Assembly: GCA_051362555.1 (NCBI GenBank)
Contig: CM120643.1
Span: 12,746,644 to 12,810,643, forward strand
Origin: Lingula anatina
Lineage: Eukaryota > Animalia > Brachiopoda
Reading direction: 5' to 3'
DNA length: 64,000 bases
Under the pieces are notes generated by a model. That model ran no database searches, was not told the origin of the DNA, and saw only the letters and a program-made list of their open reading frames with translations. Shown piece by piece: positions 12,717 through 27,900 of this stretch. The translations under genes were made by a program, and so were the position numbers. Each line of letters begins with the position of its first letter. Within the stretch, counting starts at the first letter, position 1.

Positions 12717-15700
12717 ATTTGTTTTTGTGGGGTTTGGCAGTCAGAAGTCAGGATAAAAATTTGAATTCAGGATAAAAGTAAATAATTCTGGGTGTAATTT
12801 TCTAGTGCAAAACACCTTTTATAACAAAATTTTCCTGTCTTGGGTTAGATGACATAATGACTAGATTGCAGTGGGTAAGAAGATCTTACAGTCGATCTGC
12901 AAGCCGGTTTTACTGCTTAATTTCATAGTACTTAGTATGTTGCATTTGCAGACTTTTATGTACCAAGACTGAGAGTGCTTCTAAATATTCTGTATTGACG
13001 TCAAACGGCAGTTAATTTTTAACTCCAAGCACTCTTCACCCAAAGTCTCTCTCTCTTGGCTTTTCTTATACCATTTGTCAAGTAGGAAGTAAATGAAAGA
13101 TATTTTATTCTTTGGACATGGATTGACTCAAATATTTATTTTAAAGTGGAAGCTCTTAATGTTGACTTCTATGTTACAAAAGACTTAAAACATGGCATTA
13201 GTGAGCCCAGTTTCTGTTAAAAATATAAGTATTTTGAGGGTAAATATATGATGTCATATCGAACAAAGAATTTTGTTTCTTTACACTGTTATTTTTGAAC
13301 AACTAGAACTGTCACTCTGTCATATTTTTTGTGTAAGTCCCATTTGTTGTCTGTGGCTGTCTGCTGCAGCATGTGGAACTTTGTCAAGATAAAAAATGAA
13401 CCAGATTTTTCTCCATTACATCTTCATTGACAGTAAAGTAATTTTCAGATCCCAGGAAATTTGATTTCCTTCCTCCGTCAGATGGTTGTCTGCAGATAAA
13501 GAGTGCATTCATAAAAAGTTGATCCCAGACTTACTAGTACAGATCCGCAGATGAAATATGGCTGACTCACTTGAAGGGTAGCTGTCATAATCCCCTGATG
13601 GTCTCCCCGCCTCCACACATGCCGTCCCTGCAGTGGCCTTGTAATTAAACCTTGGAGCCACGATTAAATACATTTAATGGCATGTGTGGAGGTGGTGAGA
13701 CCATAAGGAGATTAAACTGCTTCCTTTTATGATATGTCGGCCATATTTAGTCCACACATCATCTGTTCTGAATACGCTGAATGAAAAGAGCCGAGTGTTA
13801 GCTGGTCCATGGCCTAAATATGGCGGGCCTACATGAAAGGAAGACCTTTTAATCCTGTAATGGTCTCTCTACCTCTTTCACGCCTCCCCATGCGTTGCCC
13901 TGCAGGGGCACAGTCATTAAATCTTGGTTCCATTCGAATGGAGGCAGAGAGACCATTACAGGATTAACTGGTATTCCTTTCATCTAGAGTCTGCCATATT
14001 TGAGCCTTGGACCAGTTAGTACTCGGATCTTTAATTCTGAATGGGGCCATTGACTGTCCACATCACAGCTTTGATAGCATTTTACATAATGATAATTGGC
14101 AGCATGAAAGAATTGCTACTTTGCTGGTATATGGTGGTAATAGGACTTTATAGTTCTTTAGGACTTTATGAAATAATATTCACCAAAATATGAAATGGTT
14201 GTTTCCTTTAACAGTTTGCACTATTATGCTCAATATTACACTCTGTCTTTTGAATATATTAAAACTGCTCTTTCCTTTCTTTAACAAATGTTTTTGATTA
14301 TGATTATTTATTTGATCAGTCTTACTTTCTTAACAAAGCACATGTATATATCTAAAGGGTTTGTAGTAAAACTGTCGGGCAGTTTGCCTGATATAGACTG
14401 TCTAATAAGCAATGGAGGAAATTGAATTTCACCATGATGGATAGGTTTGTTGGTCTGATGCCATTCTTTTTCTGATGATAAATGATATCCCAGACATCTA
14501 CGGTAACTTTGCATAGAAAAACAACATTGGAAGATGTTACACTACTGGGTCTATAATAGTTGGTTTTAGACCTTTTATGATTTGGCTTAGATAAGTCATT
14601 TTTTCTGCTTTGTTTTATGATGATATATGATACTTTTGGGGAAATGGGAAACTTGTGAAACATTTATGAAGAAATCTGGGGAGAAACATTGATATGATTT
14701 ATTAGATAAGGCTTACAAATTCTGTGTATATGATGGTACTTAGGAGTTGTCTTAACAGATTTAGATTGGAAACCTGAATTTTTCTTAGCATTTCTTTTGC
14801 TCTGAGCAGCTCCAGATGTCACACCACCAAGTCATTTCTACCTACTTTTTTTTTCTCACAACCCACAATTATGTCTGATCACGGTTCCTCTGACGTCATG
14901 CTGTGGGTGCACTGGGTTAATTGCAAGTATTATGACCAACCAAATCATTGCTTATCTTCATCAAGTCATTAAAAAGATGGGCTGTGTCCATCTTCTGTGG
15001 CATAATGGAAAGGTTTAGAAGTTTAAAGACCATCTCTTTTTTTATCACGATATTTCTGAAGCATTTGATATTTACCTGCTTACATATTTGTCGTGTTTAT
15101 TTTTTAAAAATAAATTAAATTTTTTTGTGTGAGAGCATATTTGTCCTTGGCATTTCATTTGTAAGAATTCTCTTGCAGGCGCTGTTTTTTCGGTTTCATG
15201 ACATGATGATGAATCTATTTACATCAGGATCATTGTGTGTACAAGTGCGTATTTTTTTTTTTTGGGGGGGGGGGGAGGGGGTATGTTATTGTCATATATG
15301 TTCTTAACCTAATACCTCCCTCTTTTTCAGAGTTAGCTGAGATAAAGTACTCTGTGACTTTCACCTAGTTAAGATCTCCTATGTTGTTCTTATTTCAGAC
15401 ATCTGGAGCCTTGGCGTCCTTTTGTTCATGCTGGTGTGTGGGGAGCCGCCCTTCCAAGAGGCCAACGACAGTGAAACACTCACCATGATCATGGACTGCA
15501 AATACAAACTTCCACCTCACGTATCACAAGAGTGCCATAAGTGAGTAGTCACTGTTCTCCACACTGGGGTCTTCTCTCCAGTCCTCCCCCCCCCCCCCTC
15601 ACTCTCTCTCTTACTCACTCACTCTCTCTCTCTCTCCTCCCCCCCCCCCCTCCCCCCCAAACTCTCAGCCTGAAATTTATTCGCATGCAAATAACAGCAC

Positions 15701-18700
15701 TTTTGACAGTGGTGTAGATGGTATCAAGAATGAAAAATAGCTTCCTGCAATTTGAAGGTCACATGCAACCTAATTCCTTGTCATATATATTTAGTGCATG
15801 ATTTCCCCGAGGACTGTCCAATAGCCATGATTTTCAAGATTTCCAAGTCAGTTTTGTTTAAGGGCAAATTGGCGTAAATAGCCCCTGCCAAGTGGCCTCT
15901 GCAGCCAGGGTGAAATGATGTCCATACAGTTTAAAGATTTTCCTACTAATGTCGTCCTCATTAGAAAAGATCATGACATGGAATCCCAACCTGATAGTCA
16001 GATACACGACCTTATCTAAATGTCAATTGCTTTTCTGTGTGTTTGATTACTAGTTAAGGTTCCATCTCTCTAGCAGCCATCCACCATAAAATAAGAGTGG
16101 TTTTAATTTTATAGAAGCCTTCAGCAACTCTTCAGCCACGAAATAAGAAAGGTTATGATTATCGAATCGATCTGTTTGAAATTGCAGAACTAAAGTGAAT
16201 ATCGGTTGTGGGTATCTTGCACGTGCGTTATCTTCCGTGGTAATGAGTTTTGTCTTTGCGTTGATAACCCAGGGTCTCAATTATTGTTCTAATGTCATTA
16301 AATGACTGTACTGATATAATAGTTGCTGCGTGCAGTAGATGGTCAGATATATACATGAAAATGGTTGTAGCAGCCATTTTGGTGTGAAATGGAAGAAGGC
16401 ATAAACTTATTGTTTTCAAATGTAGCTCTGTAAAAAAAGTTAAAATAAAATGAAACTGCACATGTCATCCCTTGAGGATGTTTCGCTGCTTGGAAAATTC
16501 AGTGATACAGAAACTTTATGTGAAAAGAGAGACATGTGTCTCCTGTTTCATAAAAATATGAGACACAAGGTTCAAAACAAGGGACACATCATAAACACCA
16601 TTTTTTATTTCCATAAAACAAGTTTTATTCTTAAAAAAAAAAAAACATTTGCTCCTTGAAACACTCTTAGGCATGATTACCAGAAGTGCCATTATTAATG
16701 TCATGTCAATGTAGTAATGTCAATAAAGTAATGTAATGTCATTACACCACAAATGACAAGTATGTTGATGGCAATGTGGTCAAACAGGAATGGGCAATAC
16801 TGAAGGAATTGGTCCTGGCAAACACCTACAGCTGTGACAGTATGAAAGAACTCTAGGCAATTATCAACGTATTTCATAAGGAGCAGCCTTGCTATATCAA
16901 AAAATCAACAAAATCTGGGTACTTGGATGTTGCTATGTCCTGCTTTGCCAAGAAATATATTGTTCGTAGAGCATGGATTATGGCACTGTCGTTCTCACTA
17001 AACTGATTTTTTACCATTCTCGATAGAGTTGACCTTGAGATTTCATCTTGTACCGACTGGCGATGGTCAGCTGCTGAAGCATGCCGCTCCAAAGTCGCGG
17101 TTCTGAAGTTGCTACAGCCTTCAGTAAAAATGTTCTTTTTTTTTGACTTTTTACACATAGTGTGCAAAACATATGGTTGTCTTTGTGTTCTAGCCATGCC
17201 CATTTAGATTTCCAAGCTTCATTGAACACTCGTTTGACACGTTTTCGAGGCAAACAAGCAGCCGACTGGTCACGAGGTTCAGTTTCGCTGTCACTTTGCT
17301 CCGCCATGTGCGAGGAGGAAAATTGCGATGAATGCAAAAAGAAGCATGATTCGCTAAATTCGCAAGCGTTGCTAAGCGCTATAACTGAAAGGTGCGATGT
17401 GATTGGCTGTTGAGTCCCACTCAGTTTCAGGTGATATTGCGCACTCACTGAACGATTTTTACTTTGTTAAACTGTTTGGATCATTCCTGATTTTTATTAA
17501 ATTTGAATATATACGTATTTTTCTGATTTCCTGGTCGCAAAGGTGATGCTATTTATGCGACAATGGCCTCATGTTTGGTCGCATTACGATCGTTTTTTAT
17601 GAGACAATAATGAAATTTATGGGTCAAATGTCGCAAAGTCGCGCCGTTTCTGTATCGCTGAAAATTGTTTTTGAATTTGGAAATATTGTAAAATTAAGTT
17701 GTCATTATATCAGGGGTTATGACATTATTGCTGCTATATTATGAACAGCTGACACAGAAACCCAAGTTGCCCTAATGAAGAGAAAGGGTTGAAACAGGCC
17801 TTATCGATGTAACAGTTGACTTGAAAAGGCCAGTCCAGTGCCAGGAAACCAGACTTTTTAGTAAGGGGAAATAAAGGAAATAGATGTAGATGCCAGAAGA
17901 AACCTAGTTTTGAATATATTTGAATAAGCCTGATGTACTTATGAAAGGTTGTCTGAATAGTCACCTTGAAGACAATGTCAGGCACTCTTTATTGCCAGGG
18001 TTCAGTTGACTGTATAGTTATTAGAGAAGTCTGAGGTTTCTTTCAAGCTGGCATGATGAAGTTGGTTTCAAAATGAAGCACTTCTGACTGTGAGAAAAGA
18101 GGATCCTACGTGTCTGTGTACTACTACTACTACTCTTTAACACTTGACAAAGACTGTAATTTACTAACTTTTATACTTGTGGAATTCCTTGAGATAGCTC
18201 AAAACAAGGCACCCGTGTGACGTAGAAAGACACAAGAAGATTTGGGGAGAATTTTTGTGTTTGCCATTATTTCTGCCCCCACTTTCCACCAATTCCCATG
18301 AACTCTCCTTCGATTTTACATCACAGACAGTGCACTGTCTTGGATGATTCTTATTAAAAATTCACTTTACAGATTTTAACATTTACTGAACCAGCTGGTG
18401 TTGCTGTTGATGATTTAAGAACCTGTATAGGGAGGTTGGTGTTAAATCATTTCTACAAGCCATCTGTGTACTCTAGGTGGAGATGGTTTCCAGGTACAGG
18501 TGTGATCATATGGCCGAGGCAGGGGTATTCCAGGTGCACCTTAACCCGAGCCTCCATAACAAAGTTCTTAGGGCATTTTTGCAGTCTGTTCAAACTCTAG
18601 ATATTGACAGTGTCAGTATGATGAGACCTGATATGGCAACATTTTCATCCTCTGAGAAAAGTCACAAGTAACAGCTATTATTAGCTGATTCTGTAGGTAG

Positions 18701-21700
18701 TTGACAGTTGTGTCGACTTAAATTGATATGAGGTTATTTCCAAGCAAGCTATCTTCTTGTAGTCTAAGAACATATGTAGTTAAAAGAGATGCAGATTCCA
18801 TATTCTTATCAACTTTCTTGAGTCCAGTGACGCATGACTGGGGTATTGTGAAAAGAGATTCCAGATTTCGTTATTCTTATCAGTCTTTGGAGACCCCTGA
18901 AGCATAGCTGTGGAGGTGTGATTTCAGGATAGCAGTTTCTGCTAGTCTTATCAGTTTCTGGAGACCTGTGAAGCAGGCCTGGTGAACTTTCCACAAGTGC
19001 AAGGTGTTGTCTGTAGAGGCAAACTCAGGTCTCCCAGCTGTACACAAAACAGATGTCGGCAGAAGTCAGGAATGCACCCTCTATTTTGGGAAATTCCGGT
19101 CTGAGAATAGAGATGTATCTAAACATGAAAAATGAACACACACACACACACACAAACACTACTTCCTCAGAACAAGGTCAAAGGCCGAGAAGCACAACTT
19201 CAGTTGTCTCATAAGCTTCCCAGTTTTGTTTAGCAACGATGTAGTGATTACCTTTAAGCAAAAACTTAAAAAAGACAAATGTGTGAGGCTCCTCAGGGCC
19301 ATGGTATGTGGAGACAATAGTACACTTGTTCAGGACTGTACTTTTATATATATATATAGACAGTGTGATTAATAGTGGCATATCTGGAGAAGGTGGACAA
19401 CATTTGACCTGTGAAGCTTTGTTCAGATTCTTTATAAAACTTCTGCTGATTCAGGTCTCTAAAATCTTTCATTAAAACTCCAACAACAAAATTTTGCTTA
19501 AAATTACCATGGTTATCTTATGAGAGAGAAAGAGAGTTGATGGAAAATGAAAGTAATCAGAACTGACATTTGGAGAAAATTGGTGTTTGAATAGAGGACT
19601 AGAGGGATGAATTACCTATAATTCTGCTTTTTTTGCTGATAGAATATCTACTGAATCAATTTCTTCAGTTGATTATACCATATAATTCCCCATATTGGGT
19701 CATTTTAAAACATCATTGATTAAGGCGTATTACATAATATTTATAAACTATTTCATCAGTTTTTGCCAGACCTGGTATAAGGCTGACTTTGCCATCCATG
19801 ATTATTATCCAGATTTATTTGTCATTTCCAATGCTTGTTAAAGGGATAATAACTCTTCGTATGAGATCTATATTTCACAATAAAATCATTGTGAATAACT
19901 CATAGAAATATAATATATTCTGTTTCACAGCAGTTATAGCTATTATTCTGATATCTGAGCTTGTCTTCAGATCACGTGACCTCCATTGATGGCTATACTC
20001 TACTATAGTCTCTTAAGAGATTTTAACAAAAAACCAAACTTTTTAGAAAAAAACCAGGGACTAACTTTGAATGTAAAAATGGATTCATTAACCATTGGTA
20101 AGTAAGGAAAAATTGTTGTTTACTCCAGGAAAATTCATTTTTTGGCCAAAACGAAGAGTTATTATTGCTTTAATCTTATGCACCTTCCCTTGGGAAATGT
20201 TATAAATATCAAGAAAGGTTCTTTCTTGTTATCCATTTATTTGTTAAAGTCACTCATATAACAGTGTTCTTTGTAAACAGGGAGAAGCGATTTTCTAGAT
20301 AGCGGCAATAATTTTTCAATCAGGATGGAAACAAGGTTGTATTGCAAACGGAAGGCCTATATAGACAGAAAGAGCAGCAAGATGGGAAGCTAACTGAGGC
20401 AATCAGACTGAAAGGTTCCTTGAAAGGTTTCATGTGGGAAGATAATGCAAAAAACAAAAACTGATCATCTGGTGACATGAGATGTTCCAGGGTATCCTAT
20501 CTAGGATTTCCCTTTTAATTTAAAATCTCCCCCCCAAACCCCCCCCCTCCCCAAAAAAAATTCTTTTGAGCAATTTTATCTTACTCACAAATCCTTGCTC
20601 CTCCCATCCTTGCACTTGGATTCAATGTTTTATACCTTGTGTCATTTAAATAATTTATGAATTCGGGATATTTTAATATGTGGATAGTATACCTAATTAG
20701 AACATATTTTGTTTTATTTCATTACTTTCATTTTTGCACTTCATATCTTTTTATATTCTAACAGATATTTTTTATTGCTTAATTTTCCAGCTTAATATCC
20801 CGCATGTTGAGAAGGGAGCCGGAGGAAAGAGCTAACTTGGAGGAGATTTCGAACCACTCCTGGCTGACCAAGGGGGACCCCACACCCACGCTCAATGTGC
20901 CGCTTGTCTCACGGGAAATGATATCTGATGAAGATAATGAGTACATCATTGCCAAAATGGTGGAAGGAAATATCGCCAGCAAGGAGGAGATCTTGAGGTT
21001 TGATGCTGTTAACGAATACCATGTTTGCTTGTCTAATTGTAATAGTAGTGCAATGCAGATAAATTACGTTTAATTCCTTTAGAACAGCTCCTAACTGCTG
21101 TAAAGATGGGGGAAAGTAAATCAATTCTAAACAGGCTAAACATGTTTTCTTCTTATGAGACAAGAGATGAGTTTCTCTGGTAATAATATGCTCCTTTTTT
21201 TCTATCATTACACAGGAGACAATAGAAAACACTACATCACCACATGACAAAGTAATTTGTTATATGTTACAGATGTGCTCATTCACCAACAAGGACTGAG
21301 TTCAAATAAGCACAAGATGCAGCAAGTTTTATCAAGTTGGGCATAGAAAAGCTTAATGCTTAACTGGATTTTTTTGAACCAGCTCAAAATTTGGAACTAA
21401 TCAGTGATAGTATTGGCTTTAAAAAAGAAAGATATTTCCATTTTTCCTTATCTTAATTCGAAAATGAGCATCATTTGGCTAAAATTGATTATGCTAAAGC
21501 CAAAAGAATGAATAAGACTTAACCAGAGCACTGGCCAAAAAGAGAAATGCATTTACACTGGCTTGTTGACAAATGTTGAATTCGCTCTCTCATCACAATG
21601 ATATGATATGGCCTTCATCCCAATCGAACAGTCTTGATTTTTGGGTCAACATTTTGAATTTCTGGCAGCCATTCCGACCTTAATTCATTTTTCATGTAGA

Positions 21701-24700
21701 CAACTGATAAAGGCTGATGTGCCTTGAAAAATGTCTCATTCTTGAAAGTGCATTTATTGACCTAACCTGCGTTGATTGATTTGCATTGTACACCCACACA
21801 CGAGGAAGTCGATCTTACTTTCGAGAAAAGATGAAAATGCAAACAAAGCCAAACATAGGGTCATGCTATCAGACTTTGTAGTGTACTTTTTGTTTAAAAG
21901 ACAGTGAATTATTATTGCAGACAGCAAACTAAAGATGATTGATCCATTTTCTTAATGAAAAAAAAAATGCACACACGAAAAACGAATAAATCTCTCTTTA
22001 TTGGTAACCCAAACCCAGGCATCTCAAGTGGGTAATCATTGAGAAGCTTGCCAGTTCCTGTATTGTGTAAGATGATATCATGTGTGTGAGTAGAGAGAGC
22101 AAAGCTGTATTCCCTTGGCCAAGAGAGACCTAGTGAGTGTGATAGCCGTATTCCCTTTACAAAGAGAGATTCTATCGTGATGGAAATTAAAGGACGTGAT
22201 TAATGTGTTGGTACTTTTATTTGGTGTTGTGATGCCACACTGAGCCCCAGAAAAAAAATTGAAAAAATATTTTTAAAAAAAATGTAGATTTTGGAGCTTT
22301 TTTTTACGGTTTGAAGACTTGAAGAAGACCTTAAAAAATTTAGATTGGGAAAAGAAACCCACTTGACGAGACCGAGACCAGTTGAAAAGAAAACCTTTCC
22401 CAACATTTACACTGAGTAATGACATATGATATGTATACATCAAGTTGGTTAGTTTCTAAACGAAAGTTCTAGCATTTGATTTATAACATGTTTTGATTTA
22501 CACTTAAGCTTTCTGGAAAATATTATGTACCATTATCAGAGCTACTCTATTCAGTGTGATCGAGATATACACTTATCTTTCAGGAAAATATTGTTTACCA
22601 TAGTCTGAGTTACTGTATAGAGCATGATCATGTTTTATATGTCAGATTAGTTCAGTTTATTTCTTTGATAAGGTTTTTCAATGTGTATATAACTTGATGG
22701 CATACTGTGATTGTCTTTGTTCCTCTCTACAGGAGACTCATACATACCGTGTACATACTCCCAAGGGATCATCTATTTTTATCATCATATTCACAAGTCT
22801 ACAAAGCATAGACTTTTTCCAGACCCCCCTTCAGGGAACAAGATTAAAAGCTAAAAATGATAACCTTTGCCAGCAATTTGGATCGCCATTTTTATTATTT
22901 TCCAATAGCGTACAGACAGCATTAACTTCCCTTCACCCCCCCCCCCCTTCCCCACATATTATAGATTTAACAAATGATTATATAAATGGCTGAACTCTTA
23001 GGAGTGTGACTTTTCCAGCTTTTAAGACATTCAAACATCTACCAGTGTATATCACTCATATACATGTAAAGATGTATTTTTTTATTGACAGGCATGCGCA
23101 CACACACATGCATATGCACTGCTTTACTTTGAAAATATTTAAATATCACATAAAGTTTATATTTTTTTCATTTCAGTTCTCTGGAGAAGGACCAGTACGA
23201 TCACATAACAGCCACATATTACCTCCTAGCTGAGCGCCGATTAAAACGCCAGCTCACAATGATGGCCACTGCTATATCTGACAACGGGCCTCCGCAGGCG
23301 CCCCAGCACGTTCTTCGTAGGGTAGCGTCCGCAGGGCCAGGCCAGCTTAATCTGGAGCCTCTCGCACTCTCTCCAAGGTGGGTTTTCCAACAATAATTGG
23401 TATTGATGTGGTGGCTCCTGGCTGCAGGGGTGCCTGTTTTTATTAAGATGACCTAAATTATGTTTTGGTTGTTTTACCCTTTTGCTTTTCAGGTATTCAT
23501 CCTGTACATTTCACACATGACTTATTTCCGTTTGTGCATGTTTAGTTAAAGAACGAATTAGTTTTTAAAAAATCATAGTATTTTAGAGACCTGGTGATAT
23601 ATGAGGTACGGCTGTACTCATCCACATTTTCCTCCATTATTGATTATTTCCATGGAGGTGAGAAGGGCACTGCTTAGGATAGTTATTCATACAGACTGGA
23701 CCAACTGCATTTTATTTCCTCGGCGGTGCACTTTTAATAGATCAAGTTTCTGCCTTCGTGATGATGTGCTGACTTAAGTGCACTGGCATCAAGTTAAAAG
23801 GAAAATTATTCATGGTATTTGCAAGATTTTTTTTTTTTTCGTATTTTGGGAGAGATAGCAATTATTACGAGGAAAAAAAGGGACCGTTTTACTCTGGGCC
23901 CTGCTGTTATGTGGTGTTGACGGAGTGTTCTCAAGTTAAATGTCAAATGGAGGAAATTTGTGCTGCTTCTCCTCTCATATTCTGCCTCTTTGTGTCTTGG
24001 GAGGATTTTCGAGGGGGAAAAACCTCTGAAGTATATCAACAGCAACTCATTTCATCAAAGCTAGACTTGATTGGGAAGACATACTACTCCCTATAATGGA
24101 AGAGAACTGTTTTGAAACAAATTAGAGGGAACTTCAGCGATATTTCGAAGTTTTCAATTTCTTTTGGGCTATTATTATTACAAACCAGTTTCATTATTGA
24201 CAAGTGAGAAATGAGACTAAAACCCACAAGATGAATTGAACATGAAAATTTATTTAAAAAAAAAAGAGTATGCTAAATGACTTAAGTAATTTGGCAAATA
24301 ATTAAGCATTGGCCACTTTAGGGCAAATATTGTCAATGCAATTTTTTGGAATAAAATTTAATCTGAAAAATTAACTGTCAGTGCAGTTGAATTTAACTGC
24401 ATGTTTTGGCTAAAACCTGTAAGGTCCCTGTGATCCTAGAAAGTTTCATTCACTACTAAACAGCTGCTTTCCTATAAAGGAAACCATCCCAATGAAATGG
24501 CTGGAAAACCTTGACAACATACCTTTGTATGGTTTCACGTCATAGAAGATAACCCTTTCTCTGCTGGCATTTTGATCTCCATAGAGAAAAAAATGTAAGG
24601 AGCTCAGGATGTACATAGTTGGCATACCGTCACATACCTTGGGATCTATTTTTGGTGCTTTTAGATACAACTTTGTCTGTGTTACTTGTAACATTCAATA

Positions 24701-24884
24701 CATTACATGCTGTAGGTCTGACATAATGACTGCCATTTTAACCTCACCAGTACTTCAGGTAAATTTATTTCAGATACACTGTCTGTTTTAGCTCATTATT
24801 AGGAAGGGGTAAATCTGTTATCCTTTGGATTTTGTCTGCTTCTAAGTATTGTCTTAAAGTTTACAGTCTCTTCCTTTTTTTCTG

Positions 24885-24915
<31 letters not shown>

Positions 24916-27900
24916 TTCCAATCTGATTGTTTATTTTCTGTACAGCAGCAGGCATCAGTTTACAACCTCAGCTGCTTCTACATAAGAACTTCAGGGAAAT
25001 ACAAAAATCAATTCTGTTAAGCCACAACTCTTGCCTATATGACCTTTTTGCTGATAAACTCTATTGATTTCTATTGATATGAATTATAACTAATTACATT
25101 TTATGTAGCATTTGAAGCCATATTCCTTCGTGCATTTATGATATTATATTGTAATATTTTTAATGGGGGTAAAACAATTGGGTTGATGTTTTTGGGCATT
25201 TCTGTAGATTGCCAAGGGATAAAACTGGGTACCTGTAGTTTTAATTTCTTAGAAATGCCATTAAGTAATGAAGCACTTTTTTTACTTTCTCTCTTTCCTT
25301 ATTTGCCTGCAGATAAGCAGTGTAGGTAGTCTTCCCAAGCTTTCTATCCATTTTGGTTGTTTGCTTTGCTTAACAATTGAATGAAAAGAAGATTTGAATG
25401 ATGATGTAGTCTTTATAGAATTGTAAAGCTCAACGTAGTTTGTATGGATGTAATAAGATCTTTTGTCATCATTGGATGTAAAAAAAACTTGACAGAGTTC
25501 TGGTGTCACTGTGTGTGTACATGTATTGCTATTTCACTGATAATACCAGATCATTTCAGCTTTTGCTATGCCTTTTGGCTCAATGATTGGGGAAAATAAT
25601 GAAGTCTTTAAAAAGTTAAAAAGCATTGAAATGGTGTAATTTTGTTTGTAAGGTTTTAGCTGTGTCAATGGAAATTTATCAAAATCCTTCAAACCACATT
25701 TTCGGTTAAGATAACACAGAACTCCAAGTGGTTGAAGTTCTCCACCTGGATTTACATTCAACTTTCAGATTGACAGTGCTATTTCCTCTGCAGGAATTGA
25801 TACGTAATTGAAAAGCATTTGTCTTTTGCTTCAGTGACGTATGTTGTGTGAAAATGGTTGGTACTTACTACTACAGCTTAGGGCCCTTTCCCAATGAAAC
25901 TATGGTTCTACGTTGAGTGATCCCACTCTTTGAGGACTCTCGCTGAATGCAGTCAGATTAACAGGCCTCCTCCTGCCATTGAGTAGAATACACAAAAGCA
26001 CGATTAAACGAGTACGTTGGAAACAAGAGGATGGGTGTTAGTCTGTTTATCTGATTGCATTCAGCAAAAGGAAACAGGCACTGAAGGCACATTACCTGTG
26101 GGTAAGACATTGCCCTTGCTGGTGCTGGCAGAATATGAATCCAGCAGTGGATCAGCCCAGATTGTTGTTAGTCTTATTTTATTGATCCCAGCTATCGATC
26201 ACCACATTAAGGCAGATCGGCAGACATGATTAGTATACTCTCTTAAAGTAGATAGGGAATTATTGCCTAAAACAAATTGTTTCAAGTCTTATAAGCCTGC
26301 AGCCTTAAAGAAGTGCTTGATATAATTTTGTGAAATGGGATGATGACATTTTTACGTATGCAGTGGGAATTTCAGAATCTAAGATTTTGCTGCAGAATCT
26401 GAAAGCAATCATGCCTGGTAAACAGTATTGGATTGCTGTGAATCACTTGTTGAAATAGACACTAATTAAAAAGAGCAGCAATTCCCGGCTAGTTAAACCC
26501 TCATTAAGTTTTCTGTCCCCGCGGATCTTGTCTTCTTGCGTCACGCCTGTCCGCTGTGATGTCAGTAATATTCCCAGTCGTAGAAGTGGAGTCGATATCA
26601 ATTTTGTGTCAGGAGTCTCAGTGTAGATCTCATCTCCACATGATATTGACTTTTTTTTCTGTTTTTAGACTGATTATTTAGATAAATTCATTTTCAGAAT
26701 AGTGTTAAAAGTGAAATAAAAGTGCTTGACCTGCATGGCATTCCTCACCCTTCTCATTTCAGTGTCATTGTTTAAATGAGATGTGTTGAGTTTTTCTTTA
26801 TTTAATTATATTTTTTAATACTATTATTAAAAAACAATCCACCATTTTCTGGTGCTGCCAAAGTTTACGTCTGTTTCTCTCATCTTGTCATGAAGACAGA
26901 AGTGACTTGACTAATGTTTCTATTTGCTGTTTATGTAAATAATCTCAAAGAAGCATAGAAAGGCGCAAAGAAGATAACAAGTAATGTAATAAACATACGC
27001 ATTGTGCCATATTATCCTGCTTTCTGAGAAAATATTATCTCCATTATTAATTTTCAGCTGAGAGAGTTGACTAACATCGAGGAAATGAGGGTGGGTGCCG
27101 TGACATGGCATGTGAACAGTTCAAAAGCTATTGAGCCATTCACATGTTGAAAGGATGGCATTTCAGCAGACATATTTTTTGATCATCACAAGAGTTGCTG
27201 TGGCAATCCCCTTTTTGATCCAGAAAACTTGCCAGTGTCTGCTTGCAATTTTTCTTACTGTATTTTTATTTTTGATGACTTGAGAGGAAGACATTTGTAT
27301 GTTATCTATGTGAGAGCAATGGTGACAGAAATATAGAAATATTGGCATTGGTTACGGGCTTCGTTAACATTCAGTTAATGCAAAATTGACATGTTGTCCT
27401 CACGTTAAGTCAAGATGGGGTTTCACTGTGACAAGGACAAAATGAATTATATAACCACAGTAACTCATGTGATGGCGAGTGGAAGGGAAAAAAACAAAGG
27501 GGAAAGCTTCTGAATAGACTGCTATATGTGCAAGGATTAGTAAAGCTAATTTTGATCCCATTTTTTATCCCCGCTGCTGCCATCGTAGAATAAAAACCAA
27601 GACGTCCAGGGGAAGGTTTCCGCTTCGAGGCCTTGAGGCTGATTCGCCAGAAGGGTGCAACGGGTAAAAACTGTGCCCCCTGCTTGTTTCTTGAACTGTT
27701 TTTCCACACAGTGCCTCCACTTTATATTCAGGAGAAAAAGAGAAATACCTTTTAAAAAGTTTTGGGCTAAAACGTGTACTATTATGCAGTTACAGTAAAT
27801 ATAGTTTCACCTTACTGCATTACCTTCTGGCAATTTCAGAGGTATTGTCAAAACTTGTTTCAGAAATTAGTGGTGCCACTTAACCAGATCCAGATAAAAT

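Noticed and set aside
5986-15307. Numerous 60-115 aa ORFs in SNRK intron 1
   Set aside because: No domain signatures, compositionally random, and no consistent splice structure.
24860-26625. Further acceptor-like sites in SNRK intron 4 (~24944, ~25310, ~26564)
   Set aside because: Each hits a stop quickly in the required phase with no compatible donor; not distinguishable from chance.
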